From NCBI GenBank assembly GCA_028826165.1, contig JAPDFW010000010.1, forward strand, positions 1-64,000: a DNA stretch of 64,000 bases, in the 5' to 3' direction. The position numbers and the translations under genes were made by a program. Under the pieces are notes generated by a model, which did not search any database, was not told the origin of the DNA, and saw only the letters and a program-made list of their open reading frames with translations. Positions 37,801 to 50,429 of the stretch are shown in pieces. Origin of the DNA: Anaeramoeba ignava BMAN (Eukaryota; Protista; Anaeramoebae). Position 1 is the stretch's first letter. Every line of letters begins with the position of its first letter.

Positions 37801-38506
37801 ATCACGTCAGAAAACATTTATTTACTTCGTTTTGACAAGCGCCGATCCAATAAGAAATTTCAAGTGGTTTTTGCCGAGCCAATTAGTAAATGTGTCGGTT
37901 TTCGCATCGGTTTCCAAAGTCAATATTTCTTGATCGTTTTCGACTCAAAACATCCAATGTCGTTTCTTTTAATGACCTTAAGCAGATCTATAACAGAATC
38001 TTTTTTCCGCGATCTCGATAAGCTTCTTCTTTCTCATTCAAAACAAACAATCCCCGTTAACAGAGACTCAAAGACTCTTCTTGATTTATTCCATGAAAAA
38101 TTGTCGCGTAAAAAAAGAAAATCCAATTTGTTCTCCATCAGCAAAGACAACACAAACGTCCTCTATTTATACTCCAATCAAACTCCACAAAAGAAAGAAG
38201 ACAAAACGCTCTCTCGTTTTGATTGGCCTCTTTCTCTTTGTCTGTAAGGAGGATCCTAGAAAATGGGCTCAAAATATTATCGATTACTCAAATCATTTTA
38301 AAGTTTCAAAATTTTTTCAATTTAATCAAGAAACTCATATTATTCTCTTTGCAAAAGCTGTTGAAAAAATTAGAATTTTGTGGAAGAAAAATAAAAAAAC
38401 AACTCTTCGTTTTGTTTCTCCTTCAGAAAGATTAGTTTTTGTTGATTTTATTCGTCATCAATTTATTCGAAAATTTCAAACTCCAATTTCAGTTCTTTTA
38501 CAATAA
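34822..38506 (+). CDS. LRR + coiled-coil + PH-like protein (STK11IP/nischarin-like), with a frameshift near 38160-38200
   Basis: Introns 34970-35048 and 35513-35595 are in frame. SDS22-type LRRs (LDLRGNKI, LYLTGNKL, LDISRNKI, LNVELNP). C-terminal PSYLIITSENIYLL and RSLVL..LFVCKED segments. Confidence 0.75.
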
Positions 38507-38711
38507 TTTAAAAAAAAAGAGAAAAAAAAAAAAGATTTTTTTTAATTTGTTCCACTTTTTTTAATCAAATTTTTTAACAGAAATTTTTTTTTTTTTTTAG
38601 TTTTCATAAGTTTCCTTTTATTAAATTAATTGAAAATAATCTCAAAAAATAAATTATTTTTAAAAGGAAAATAAAAAAAAAAAAAAGAACAAAAAGAAAA
38701 TTGAATCAAGA

Positions 38712-41700
38712 TCAAAATTTATATAAAGAAGGTTCAATTTTTTCAGAAAGTCTTTTAGCTTCTTCATCAGAAAGCTCAACCTTTCTAAACCATTGAATAT
38801 ATTCAGAAACTCTGTCTGTAACTTGAAAATTATATTTAAACTGTTGAAACGATTTCAATTCTTGAAAACAAAGATAAAAGCGACGAATTTTTGTCCAATT
38901 GATCCAGTTATTATCCAAACGACTTGGAATGGCATTCAAGACTTCGAAATCATGAGTAAAAACAACAAGGGGAAAAAGCACAGGAGGTTTTTTTAATGCA
39001 GCAGCTCTGCGAAAAGATCTATTTGTGGGATCATCTGATATTTTTGATAAAGATTCAAGAATATTTTTATATTTTTTGGGAACTTTAGCAAATGTTTTTT
39101 TAAGTCTGTGAATAAAAAGACTATCAAGTGCAGAAATGACAGCTTTCATATCATTTAAATTTCCCAAATTCATAAGAATTGCTGCCAATCGAATAAAGGC
39201 TTGAATATATTTCACTCGAATTTCCATTGATTCTTGATTTAGAATTGAAAATGCTGCCCAATCAGTAATAGCGTTGAACCAATCTATCATCGCAATAATA
39301 TTAGGGCTTGTTTTTAGTTTGTTTTCTTTTTTCCATGCTGAGCTAAAGAATTCAAATATTTCTATTTTGTAAAATATTTTTGATGTTTCCATTGTTATTC
39401 CTTTTGCTAATTCTTTTAAATCAATCCTTAAAATTGAAGTGCTATCTAATAATTCTTTGGAGCAATCAACCATACTGAATGTTTCTTCTCCAAGTTTTTT
39501 AAGATCAAAAGATAGTTTTCTTTCTGTTGGTGTTCTATCATTTTTACGTTTTAGTTCGAGATGGATTTTATTTTCAATTTTATTTTCATTTTCAATTTTA
39601 TTTTCAATTTTATTTTCATCTTTAATTTGATTTTGATTTTCATTTTGATTTTCATTTTCATCTTTAATTTCATTTTCATCTTTAATTTGATTTTCATTTT
39701 CATTTTCATTTTCATTTTCATTTTCATTTTCATTTTCATCTTTAATTTGATTTTCATTTTTATTTTCATTTTTAATTTCATTTTCATTTTCATTTTCATT
39801 TTCATTTTCATTTTCATCTTTAATTTGATTTTCATTTTCATTTTCATTTTCATTTTCATTTTGATTTTGATTTTCATTTTCATTTTCATCTTTAATTTCA
39901 TTTTCATCTTTAATTTCATTTTCATTTTCATCTTTAATTTCATTTTCATTTTCATCTTTAATTTGATTTTCATTTTCATTTTCATTTTCATTTTCATTTT
40001 CATCAAAACTATCATCAAAACTATCATGCAAATCAAAAGGATCTTCATCTCCAAAAGAACTTTCATGATCGAAAAAAAAATCGGAATCAAAATATTGATC
40101 TTTATTATGATCACTTTTATCATCGACTTGATCTTGATTATCCTCTTCAACTTGAACAACATTATTTTCAAGAGGATTTGCTTTATCTTCATGATGAAGA
40201 TCGCTTTGAGTTGATTTTTGAGTTATTTCATCAGATTCATTTAAAGTATCAGCACTTTGATCAGATAAATGATTATCAATTTTACTTAATTGTTCTGTTG
40301 AAAATTCTGATTCCATTTTACTATCAGTCATACTCATTAATCTTTCATAAAATCCTTGAGATTGATTCTTTTTGAGCAATCTTTTCACAACAATCTGAAG
40401 TAAAATCAATTCCAAAGAAATTCCAAAAGCCACAAATCGAGAATCTTTATTGAGTAACAAATGAGAATGAACAAATCGAGAAATAAGTAAGTAACAATCA
40501 AAAGGAATCAACAATCTTTTCTTGAGTCGATAGCTTAAATAACATTCAAACACTCGAATCACATTTTTTTGCATTTGGAATCTTTGCTCAACTAATAAAT
40601 TAGATTCTTCAGGACAGAAATATCTTTCAAGTAATTTCTGTGTAAAAACAATTTCATTTTTCAAAAAAACAGGAAGAAGGATCACAGCAATCCGAACAAA
40701 ATAATATGAATATTCAGTGGGAGATGTGAGCAAATCAATGGATTTATTGAGTGTTGATGATGCGATTGTTGAGAATATTTTGAAGTTTTCATCTTTTGGT
40801 TTGTTTTCTTGATTTTTCTTCTTGTTCAATGAAACCAGAAGAGGATCAGGTTTTTCTTTTGGATCATATGAAGAAAACCTTGCATTTACAACAGAACTTG
40901 TGATTTCTTTCCATAAATAGGTTTCATCAGATATTTCAAATGAGATACTTGTTTTCTGTTGTAAAAATCCATAAATTCCATTGAGTCGATCATCTCGATC
41001 AACAACAACAACTTTGAAAGTTGAACCCGATGATATTTCTTGATCGAGAAAATTAGCATCCAAAATAACGGGAATAAGTCCTTCTATTGGCATTGGGTCG
41101 TGATAGAATTGCCGAAAATCAAGATGAGAAAATTTTTCTCGTTCATTTTCAAGATATTTTTCTTTGTCTTTCTCAGTATCATTTTCAGTTTCCGTTTCCG
41201 TTTTGTTACTAACATTTTCTCCGTCAGTTGTTTTTGTTTGTTCTGCATTTATGTTGTGTTCAATGCTTTCCATTTCAAGTTTTTGTATTTCATGATCTCT
41301 TTTTGTCTGAGAATTTTGTCTTTCAAGAAGTTCGTATGATGATATTTTTTTATATCGTATTAAAAAAGGTATTAATGTTCCTGATGTTGCTTTTGGATTT
41401 AATAATATTTCTTTTAATTTATTAAAAATAAAGCCAGCTTTTATTGTGGAATCGGCTAAGAGATTTACTTGGTGGAATTTGAGGTATCCAGGACAAGAGT
41501 AAACAACTCTGATAGGTTGAGGTTTCGGTTGGAATTTAAGGTATATTGTTCCTGTTGTCTAATTTTTATATATATATAAAAAATATTTTAATTTTAATTT
41601 TGATTTTAAATTTTGATTTTGATTTTGATTTTATACAATAACTCTATTCAACCAAGAATCTATTGTAGTTGATCTGCTTGGAAAAATTATAATCCCAAAA

Positions 41701-44264
41701 TTAGAAGATTTTTTAATAGGAAGTTCAGAATCATGAATATCTGTAGGAGGATTCAGATTAGAAACACAAGTCTCAGTTTCAAAGAGCAACTGAGATTCTG
41801 TATCAGAAAAAACATACACACTTTGGTCGTGATGATCCCAATATTGAGAAATATCTTGAACATTTTTGGAACAAGACTTCAGGAAAAGATAATAATTTTC
41901 AAACTCTTCTTGCTTATATTTGTTCCTGAATTTCTGATAAAGCGATTCCACAGGTTTTGTTGTTTCAATAGTCTCAATTACAGGCTTTCCACGAATTTGA
42001 TTTGGTGGAAAAACTACTTCGATTTGTTCAATTCTTTTGATCAAATAAAAAGACGCCTCTTTTGCTCGATTAAAAATCTTTTCATCCGCTTGAAGAAAGT
42101 CTCCAGAGAGCATGAAGTTCAGAGTGTTTTTGTTATTGTTCGTCAATTCCTTTGTCATAGACCGAGAAAGTATAAACTCAGAAAGTTGCTTTGGATCATA
42201 ACTTGCAAACAACTCGTACTTCCCTGCTAAGTTCATTTTCTGGATGCAATGCTTGATAACATCTCGCGCAATTGCCTTTTCTGGATCATATGTGATCCAC
42301 ATCTTCTTTCTATTAGGCAAGATTACCGTCATGTTCTTATATTGAGAATTTGGGTCATCTTGATTTTCTTCGAAATTACTGAATAATTTTATTGGTCCTT
42401 CTCGATTTTTGATCTATTCAATAAAATATTATTATTTTATAATATTAATTATTTTGTATTTTGCTTTATTTTTTTTTTATTTGGCAAAATTATTTCAAAA
42501 TCAACTAACCAATGGGTTTAATGCTTGATCATTTAAGAATTTTTGACACATTTTCATAATTTTTGAGTCTTCATTTTTGCTTAATGGAAGATATCCCATA
42601 AGAATCATTATAAGATTAACTGAATTTGCCTTAACTTGTTTGGGAATAACTTCTGTTGTTGAAGAAATCATTTCCAATAATGGTTTGAGTTTGTATAATT
42701 TTGGATCTGATATATTCTTAGGAAAGGATAACAAGTTCTTTGTGTTAATTTCAAAACAACTCCGAATAACATCTAAAAGAAGAATATAAATTATTTGTCC
42801 TTGTGTTAATTTGTCAATTTCTGGGAATTTAAATGCAAAATCCAATTCTTTGAAAAATGATAAACTAAAATAATTTTTTTCTTTAAGGATGTGAATCAAT
42901 GCTTGAATAATTACAACTTTATTTCCTTCCCTAAATTTTAATTTTAATATAAATTTTATAAATGAATTTTAATTTTAATATAAATTTTAATATAAATTTT
43001 AATATAAATTTTAATTTTAAATTTTAAAAATGAATTTTAATTTTAATATAAATTTTAATATAAATTTTATAAATAAATTTTAATTTTAATATAAATTTTA
43101 ATATAAATTTTATAAATAAATTTTAATTTTAAAAATGAATTTTAATTTTATAAATGAATTTTAATTTTACGATTCTTTAATATCCATTTTGGAACATGAT
43201 TCTTTTGAGGAATTTGTGAAAATTGTAAGAACAAAAATTAAAGCTTGAACTCCAATTAACTCGAGTAATAAATCAATTGCAGTTTGAGAAAAAATTTCTG
43301 AAAATTCTTCAGTTATATTTTTGAATTGTTCCATTAATTCAGGAATAGTTGAATATGTTAATTTAGGTGAATATCTGAGATTTGTTGTTGAATTTGTTTT
43401 GCATAATTCTTTTAATGGTGATGCTTTTTTTAATAGAATTGAAATCTCTTGTTTTTTCTGAAAACTCATAAAATTGATAATGTAAGGATCAATACTTTTG
43501 TTTTTCAAAATAAATTTAAAAATAAAATTATAATTTTTAATTTTAAATTTTGATTTAAATTTTAATTTTAATTTTAATTTTAATTTTAATTTTAATTTTA
43601 ATTTTTATTTTAATTATAATTTTAATTTTTATTTTAAATTTAATTTTAATTTTAATTTTAATTTTAATTTTAATTTTAATTTTAATTTTTGGAATTTTGA
43701 ATTGGGAATTAATTTTTATTTTGATTTTAATTTTGATTTTAATTTTAATTTTAATTTTAATTTTGATTTTAATTTTAATTTTTGGAATTTTGAATTGGGA
43801 ATTAATTTTATTTTTAATTTTAATTTTTTATTGTATTTTTAATTGGAATTTTAATTTTAATTTTAATTGTAATTTTAATTTTTGATTTTGATTTTAATTT
43901 TAATTTTTTGGAATTTTTTGATTAAAATTTAATTGAAAATTGAAGATTCAAAAGGAAAAGAAAAAAAAAGGAAAAGGAAAAAAATAAGAAAAAGAAAAAA
44001 ATAAGGAAAAGAAAAAAAATAATTAAAATTTACTTCATATTTTCCAAATTTTGTTTAATGTATGCTTTAGCTTCTTCATCTTGTGGATTATCACTTGAGA
44101 ATTTTCTTACTAAACGAGCACTTGTAAATAAATTTGGAGTTTGTTTCTATTTTATTTAAATTTTTGTTTATTAAAAATAAATTTATTTTTAAAATTTGCT
44201 TTTAAATTTGCTTTTAATTTATTTTTTTTACATGAAACATTGAATCAAATTCTCTATTTGTCAT
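38712..44264 (-). CDS. Ras guanine nucleotide exchange factor (REM + CDC25 domain) with N-terminal ubiquitin-like segments, 6 exons
   Basis: Exons 44264-44232, 44146-44034, 43494-43171, 42930-42510, 42413-41637 and 41558-38712 are all in frame. CDC25 motifs ELAKGIT, SPNIIAMIDWFN, NLNDMKAVISAL..IHRLKKT, INWTK and SEKIEP. Confidence 0.9.
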
Positions 44265-44499
44265 TAAAAAAAAAAAGAGAGAAAAAAAATGATTTCTTGT
44301 AAATAAAAAAAAAAAAAAAATAAAAAAAAAATTTTATTAAGAAAAAAGTTCGTAATTTATTTAAACGGAAAAAGTAATTGAATTAAAAAGAATCAATCAA
44401 AAAAATGGTTTTAAAATTCTTAAATCAAAAAGAAAAAAAAAGAAAAGAAAGAAAAGTAAATTGAATCTAATTGTGTTTGTTTTTTTGTTTTAATTTTTA

Positions 44500-46431
44500 T
44501 TAACGGATCATTGTTCCATCTGGCAAATCACAAGTAATTGGTCCACTTTTAGTTATTAAATGAATTCCATTTAAAGTTGCTACTTTCTTTTCAATCTTAA
44601 GTTTTTCTAATAATTTATTCCAATTTTTTTTATTCATAATTGGACGAATTTTACTTTTATCAAAATTTCGATCAAAAAGAGTTATTTGTTCTCCAATTTC
44701 TGAATTTTCTGGTGGAACAAGAAGTTTAATTGATTCTCCATTTATTCCAGTAAGGATCATTCCCTTTAATTTTAATTTTAATTTTAATTTTATAAATGAA
44801 TTTTAATTTTAATTTTAATTTCAATTTTAATTTTGATTTTAATTTTAATTTTAATTTTAATTTTAATTTTAATTTTATAAATGAATTTTGATTTTATAAA
44901 TGAATTTTAAATTTTAATTTTAATTTTAATTTTAATTTTAATTTTAATTTTAATTTTATAAATTTAATTTTAATTTTAATTTTAATTTTAATTTTAATTT
45001 TAATTTTAATTTTAATTTTAATTTTGATTTTAATTTGAATTTTGATTTTAATTTTAATTTTAATTTTGATTTTTGATTTTAATTTTATAAATGAATTTTA
45101 AATTTTAATTTTAATTTTAATTTTAATTTTAAATTTTAATTTTAATTTTAATTTTGATTTTATAAATGAAATTTGATTTTTAATTTTAATTTTAATTTTT
45201 AATTTTAAATTTTGATTTTGATTTGAATTTTAATTTTGATTTTGATTTTGATTTTAATTTTGATTTTGATTTTTAATTTTGATTTTAATTTTAATTTTAA
45301 TTTTAATTTTAATTTTGATTTTAATTTTAATTTTAATTTTAATTTTAATTTTAATTTTATAAATGAATTTTAATTTTAATTTTGATTTTTATAAATGAAT
45401 TTTAATTTTAATTTTAATTTTAATTTTATAAATGAATTTTGATTTTATAAATTTTAATTTTGATTTTGATTTTAATTTTGATTTTGATTTTAATTTTGAT
45501 TTTAATTTTAATTTTAATTTTAATTTTAATTTTGATTTTAATTTTGATTTTAATTTTAATTTTGATTTTATAAATGAATTTTAATTTTAATTTTAATTTT
45601 AATTTTAATTTTGATTTTAATTTTAATTTTAATTTTGATTTTAATTTTAATTTTAAATTTAAATTTTGATTTTGATTTTAATTTTGATTTTGATTTTGAT
45701 TTTAATTTTGATTTTGATTTTGAATTTTAATTTTAATTTTAATTTTAATTTTGATTTTGATTTAAATTTTGATTTTAATTTTAATTTTAATTTTAATTTT
45801 AATTTTGATTTTAATTTTGATTTTAATTTTGATTTTGATTTTGATTTAAATTTTAATTTTAATTTGAATTTTGATTTTAATTTTGATTTTATAAATGAAT
45901 TTTAATTTTAATTTTGATTTAAATTTTAATTTTGATTTTGATTTTGAATTTAAAAATTACTTCACTAAGAACTCCACGAAGTTTGGCTTTTGCAAGATTC
46001 ATAATAACAGCAACTTTCTTTTTATTAATTTGATCAATTGAATGACTCTTTTTCAAACCAGTAACAACACTTTTAACTTCATTTCCAATATTAATTTTCA
46101 AATGATAAAGAGAATCAGATTTTTCAATTTCCTCGACATTTTCAATAAACCCAACAATAATATTGCACTGAGCATACAATCCATCTAATTCTTCTTGAGA
46201 TAATTCCTTTTGTACTTGTTTTGAGCCTTTTTTTTTGGGCGCTGTTTTTGTTTGCTTTTTTGCTTGTGGTTGTTCTTTGGGTTTAAAAGTTGACCAATCA
46301 AATACTTCTATTGGAAATTCTTCTTTTTTTTCTCCTTTAAAACCACAAATAGGACAACGAATTTCAAATGGTTTTGTCATAACGTAATTGCATGAATTGC
46401 ATTTTTCTTGGACAATTTGGGTTGCAGACAT
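44500..46431 (-). CDS. tRNA-binding OB-fold protein (EMAP-II/Arc1p/Trbp-like) with an N-terminal CxxC..CPxC zinc ribbon, 2 exons
   Basis: IIVGFI..SDSLY..INIG..VVTGL..NLAKAKLRGVLSE|GMIL..LLVPP..IGE. Intron 45960-44764 is filled with (TTTTAA/TTTTGA)n. Confidence 0.9.
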
Positions 46432-46519
46432 TTTAAAGAAAAATGAAAAATGAAAAAATGAAAAAATGAAAAATGAAAAAATTTCATTTATTTTTCCAAA
46501 TTGTTTTAAATCTGGAATC

Positions 46520-49500
46520 TTAAAATAATTTCACTTGAGTTTTAACTGAATTTCTCCATTCAGTAAGATGAAGTAAAATTATTCTTGTTTGTTTTTCTTC
46601 AAGTTGATCAAAATTCAAAACAATTCTCAATTTTTCCAAAATTTTTGATTGAATATTTTCTTCACTTGAATTGGCAATCAAATAGTTAAACTTTCTAACA
46701 ATTCCGGATAAAGAAACATAGCACAAACAAGAATAAACCTCTGTTGGTTTTGCGAGGTTTGCCAAAATACTCTCGCTATAATTTGTGATTAAATCCGGTT
46801 GATTTTTTTGTTGAATTTCTAAAACCAAATTTGTTGTGCTTTGCTCAAGGAATTTTGATTTGGATAATTTGCCAAATGAGGTTGTGTTTTCTGGTTCGAG
46901 TCTGATTGACGATTCCCTTCGAACAAATTCTGAAGGCGTTACTTGTTCTCTTTCAATGAAAAGTTCACTTGATTTTTCAATTGTTTCTTTTAGATATTTT
47001 TCCCACAAACGAACGGGATTTTCTTTATTACTACTAAATATAAATGTTCCGTATGATGTGATCAATTTGAATCGGTGAGTGTGTGTCTGGACTCCTCGCA
47101 CAAGCAAATCCTTTTTCTCCTCTTCGGTAAATTCGGTTTCGACAAACAATGTGATTGTTGGGAATAAATATTCAACTTGATATTTTTGGTTGTACAATTG
47201 ACAAATAAGAAAAATATCATTGAAAAGTATCAAATGTTTTGGCGCATAAATTTTCTCGTTGATATTGGCCAATTTGATGTAGTTTGTTGTTGGGAAAATG
47301 GATGTTTTTGAGGATATAAAAGAGTTCTTAAGCGCGGCTTGATAAAAATTATCAATTCCACAATAAAATTTTCCAGTATCTGGTCTTTCAGGCGCATGCG
47401 AAAGTTTATTCATGAATAATTCGCCTTCAAAAACAAACATTCTATCGGGCATATTTTTGATTTGCAAATGCGGGAATTTTGACTGCAATTCCTCCAGTTT
47501 TTCCTTGTTATCTTGCAAATGCTTTGTTCTATTCACCATAAAACTTGTTTCGGCAGTTTCCTCATAAGCCTTTGAGACTTGGGGATAATCGGGATGATTT
47601 GGTGGTGTTCTCTTAAGACATTCCTTGACAAGCAGCGGATATTGACCGACTCTTAGCACCGGTTTGAGAAAAATTGATTCGACAGAGAGTCTTCCGAAAT
47701 CAGGATGCTTTATTGCTTTGTTAATAAATTGCTCAAAAGGCGGATTTGTTGCTAATTTTGTTTTCAGTAGCTTGATTGCTTTGTCTTGGTTCGATACGTA
47801 GAGCGAATATACCTTCATAACATTCGGTATTTTCAAAACAGATTCGCCTATTCCTGTCTCATATCGCCATTTCTTGATATTTTGTGTTAATGATTCAACA
47901 AGTTTTAATCCTTTGTGATAAATCTGCTCGATATTCAAAAAAATGGTCACAATATCTTCTCTCGATAGAATATTCTCATTCCGCAAAGGCAAAATAACAT
48001 AATTAATCAATGCATACAATATCCCTAAATAGTTTCTTTCTGTTGTCAAAATTTCATATGCTGCTGTCACTCGCTGGAATTCCTTCCGCAGCATTTGACT
48101 GCATTCTTTATGGCCATATTTTCTTGCAATTATATATGGGTCTTGTCCTTTTGAGTATTTGAGCAATGTCGCTCCTTTTTTGAGCAGATGCTTGCATATT
48201 TTGATATTTCCATTTCTCGCTGCAATTTGGATCGGCACCACATTATAAATGTTCATTTCTTCTTCCTCCTTTTCAATCTCGATTGAATTTATATTTTCCG
48301 TTGGATCCAGCGAGTTTTCTTTTCTGATAATTTTTTCCTTGAGGCTCGGATACTTGTGATCTCCATTATTTTTTGTGTTTTGTGCTTGATTTTGCCATTC
48401 GGAAACCTTGCACAGCAAATCAACAGTATCGCATGTGTCGATTATCGAAATCATTGCTTCTTCGTCTTGGATATTGCATTTCAATGCTAAATGCAATACC
48501 GTTATTCCTTCGTGATTCTTCAATTCCCCAAAAAACCCTTTTTGTATATTTTCAATAATTGCTTTTGAGTCATTTTTCAGAATTGATTCGTGAATTGGCG
48601 ATTTTGCTCCTCTTGATAAAAGAAATGCTGTTGTTTTCTTATGAACATTCTGGATTGCCAATTCAGCAACTCCTTCTCCATTATTTGTTAAAATATTGAT
48701 ATCGGCTCCATGTGACAGCAGAACATCACATGAATTCATAAACCCATTTTGGGCTGCAATGTGAATAGGTGCTAATCCATCCTTATCCTTCTGATTTACT
48801 TCAAATGCATTGAGTTGCAACACAAACGAAATGGTTTCTGGATCTCCTCCTCTAACTGCAACATGCAGTAAATTATCACCTCTTTCATTCAAATTGTTAG
48901 TGTCGCATTCCCTGCTAATAAGATACTTAATAAATTGTATTTTTCTTGATAAAACAGCTGTGGACAAAAGCCCGTTTTCTTTGGAATCCACTTTTTGAAT
49001 ATCAAGTCCTGCCTTTTCAATCATTTGGAATATATCAGGGTTTTGGTTATATAATATGCATAGATGAAACAATGAATTTCCTTCATGATCTGCTTCAAGC
49101 GATACTTCCTTGAATTGCAGAAACATTTCCACAACACTATCCATTTTATTTCTGATAAGGAAGTCAAGAGGTCTTAACCCTTGATTATTTTTTGAATTCA
49201 AATCACATCCAAAATTTATTAATTCTTGGATAATTTCATGACTTGTTGGGATGCTTTTTTTCATCATTTTTTGGTTTAATATCCACAATCCTTTCACAAG
49301 TGCATGGACTGGGGAATCTTCTTCAAATCCTTTTATATTTGGATCGGCTCCATTACTAAGTAATAAACTAATTAATTTTAAATTATTTTTGGATGCAGCA
49401 ATATGAAGAGCTGTGTTATTTTGTGAATCTTGAATGTTGAAATCAGCTTTGATTTGACTAAATATCTCTAATAATGTCGAAATATTTGAGTTAGTACAAA

Positions 49501-50421
49501 TGTGGATTGGAGCATCTCCATTTTTATCTTTTTCGTTAGGATTTGCTCCTGAGTATAAAAGAAAACTTGCAATTTCAATATTTTCTTGTTGCATTGCTTC
49601 ATGCAAAGCAGAGTTTCCTGATTCAGATTTAAAATTTATACTAGCTCCTGATTCAATTAGTTTTCGAACAACAATTAAATTCGAAATTCTACTTGCTAAG
49701 ATTAATGGTGTTTCTGAGTCTTTAAGTGTTGGAAGATTGATTAAATTGGTGCATTGTTCCTGATCTTTTAGAATATCGTTTATTTTTTGTATGTTTTTGC
49801 TAATAATTGCATTATGAAGAATTGTGAGTCCATTTTCGTCATAATCTAAATATTTGAAAAAAAAAAAAGTGAGAAAGAATAAATATATAAATTTTTAATT
49901 TTTTCTAAATTTAGTTTTAATCCAAACAATCTTTTTTTTGATCATCAGGAGGAAGTTCTCTTTTAATCATTAATAATTTTGTAATTCCAGGTGAACAACC
50001 TTTTTCACATATTGAAAAAGGTGATTTTCCTTGATTATCACTTAAATGAATATCTGCGCCAATATTAATAAGAAAACTAACTACATTTTGAAATTCATTT
50101 TCACAAGCTAATAAAAGACTCGTTTTTCCTGATACTGTTTGTTGATTAATTGATTCTCCATAAATTAAAAGCATTTTTAAAAATTGTAAATTTCCTCGAC
50201 TTGCTGCAATATGAATAGGAAAAAATCCACTTTTATTTGCTTCCATTATAGTTTCTTTATCAAGAATTAATTTTCCTACTTCAGTACTGTTTGATAATGC
50301 TGCTAAATGAATTGGTTTATTCCCATTTTTATCTAATACTTTTAATAAATCTGGGTTTTTTTCAATTAATATTTTTGCAACATCGACTGAATCTTTATAA
50401 GCTGCCCAATGTAATGAATTC
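46520..50421 (-). CDS. Ankyrin-repeat RhoGEF (DH-PH); first exon lies upstream (~52400-53046) and is corrupted or duplicated
   Basis: Exons 50421-49928 and 49845-46520. Many ankyrin repeats. DH motifs EILTTERNY, IFLNIEQI, LKPVLRVGQYPLL and TPPNHPDY, followed by a PH domain. Confidence 0.9.
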
Positions 50422-50429
50422 CTATTATA

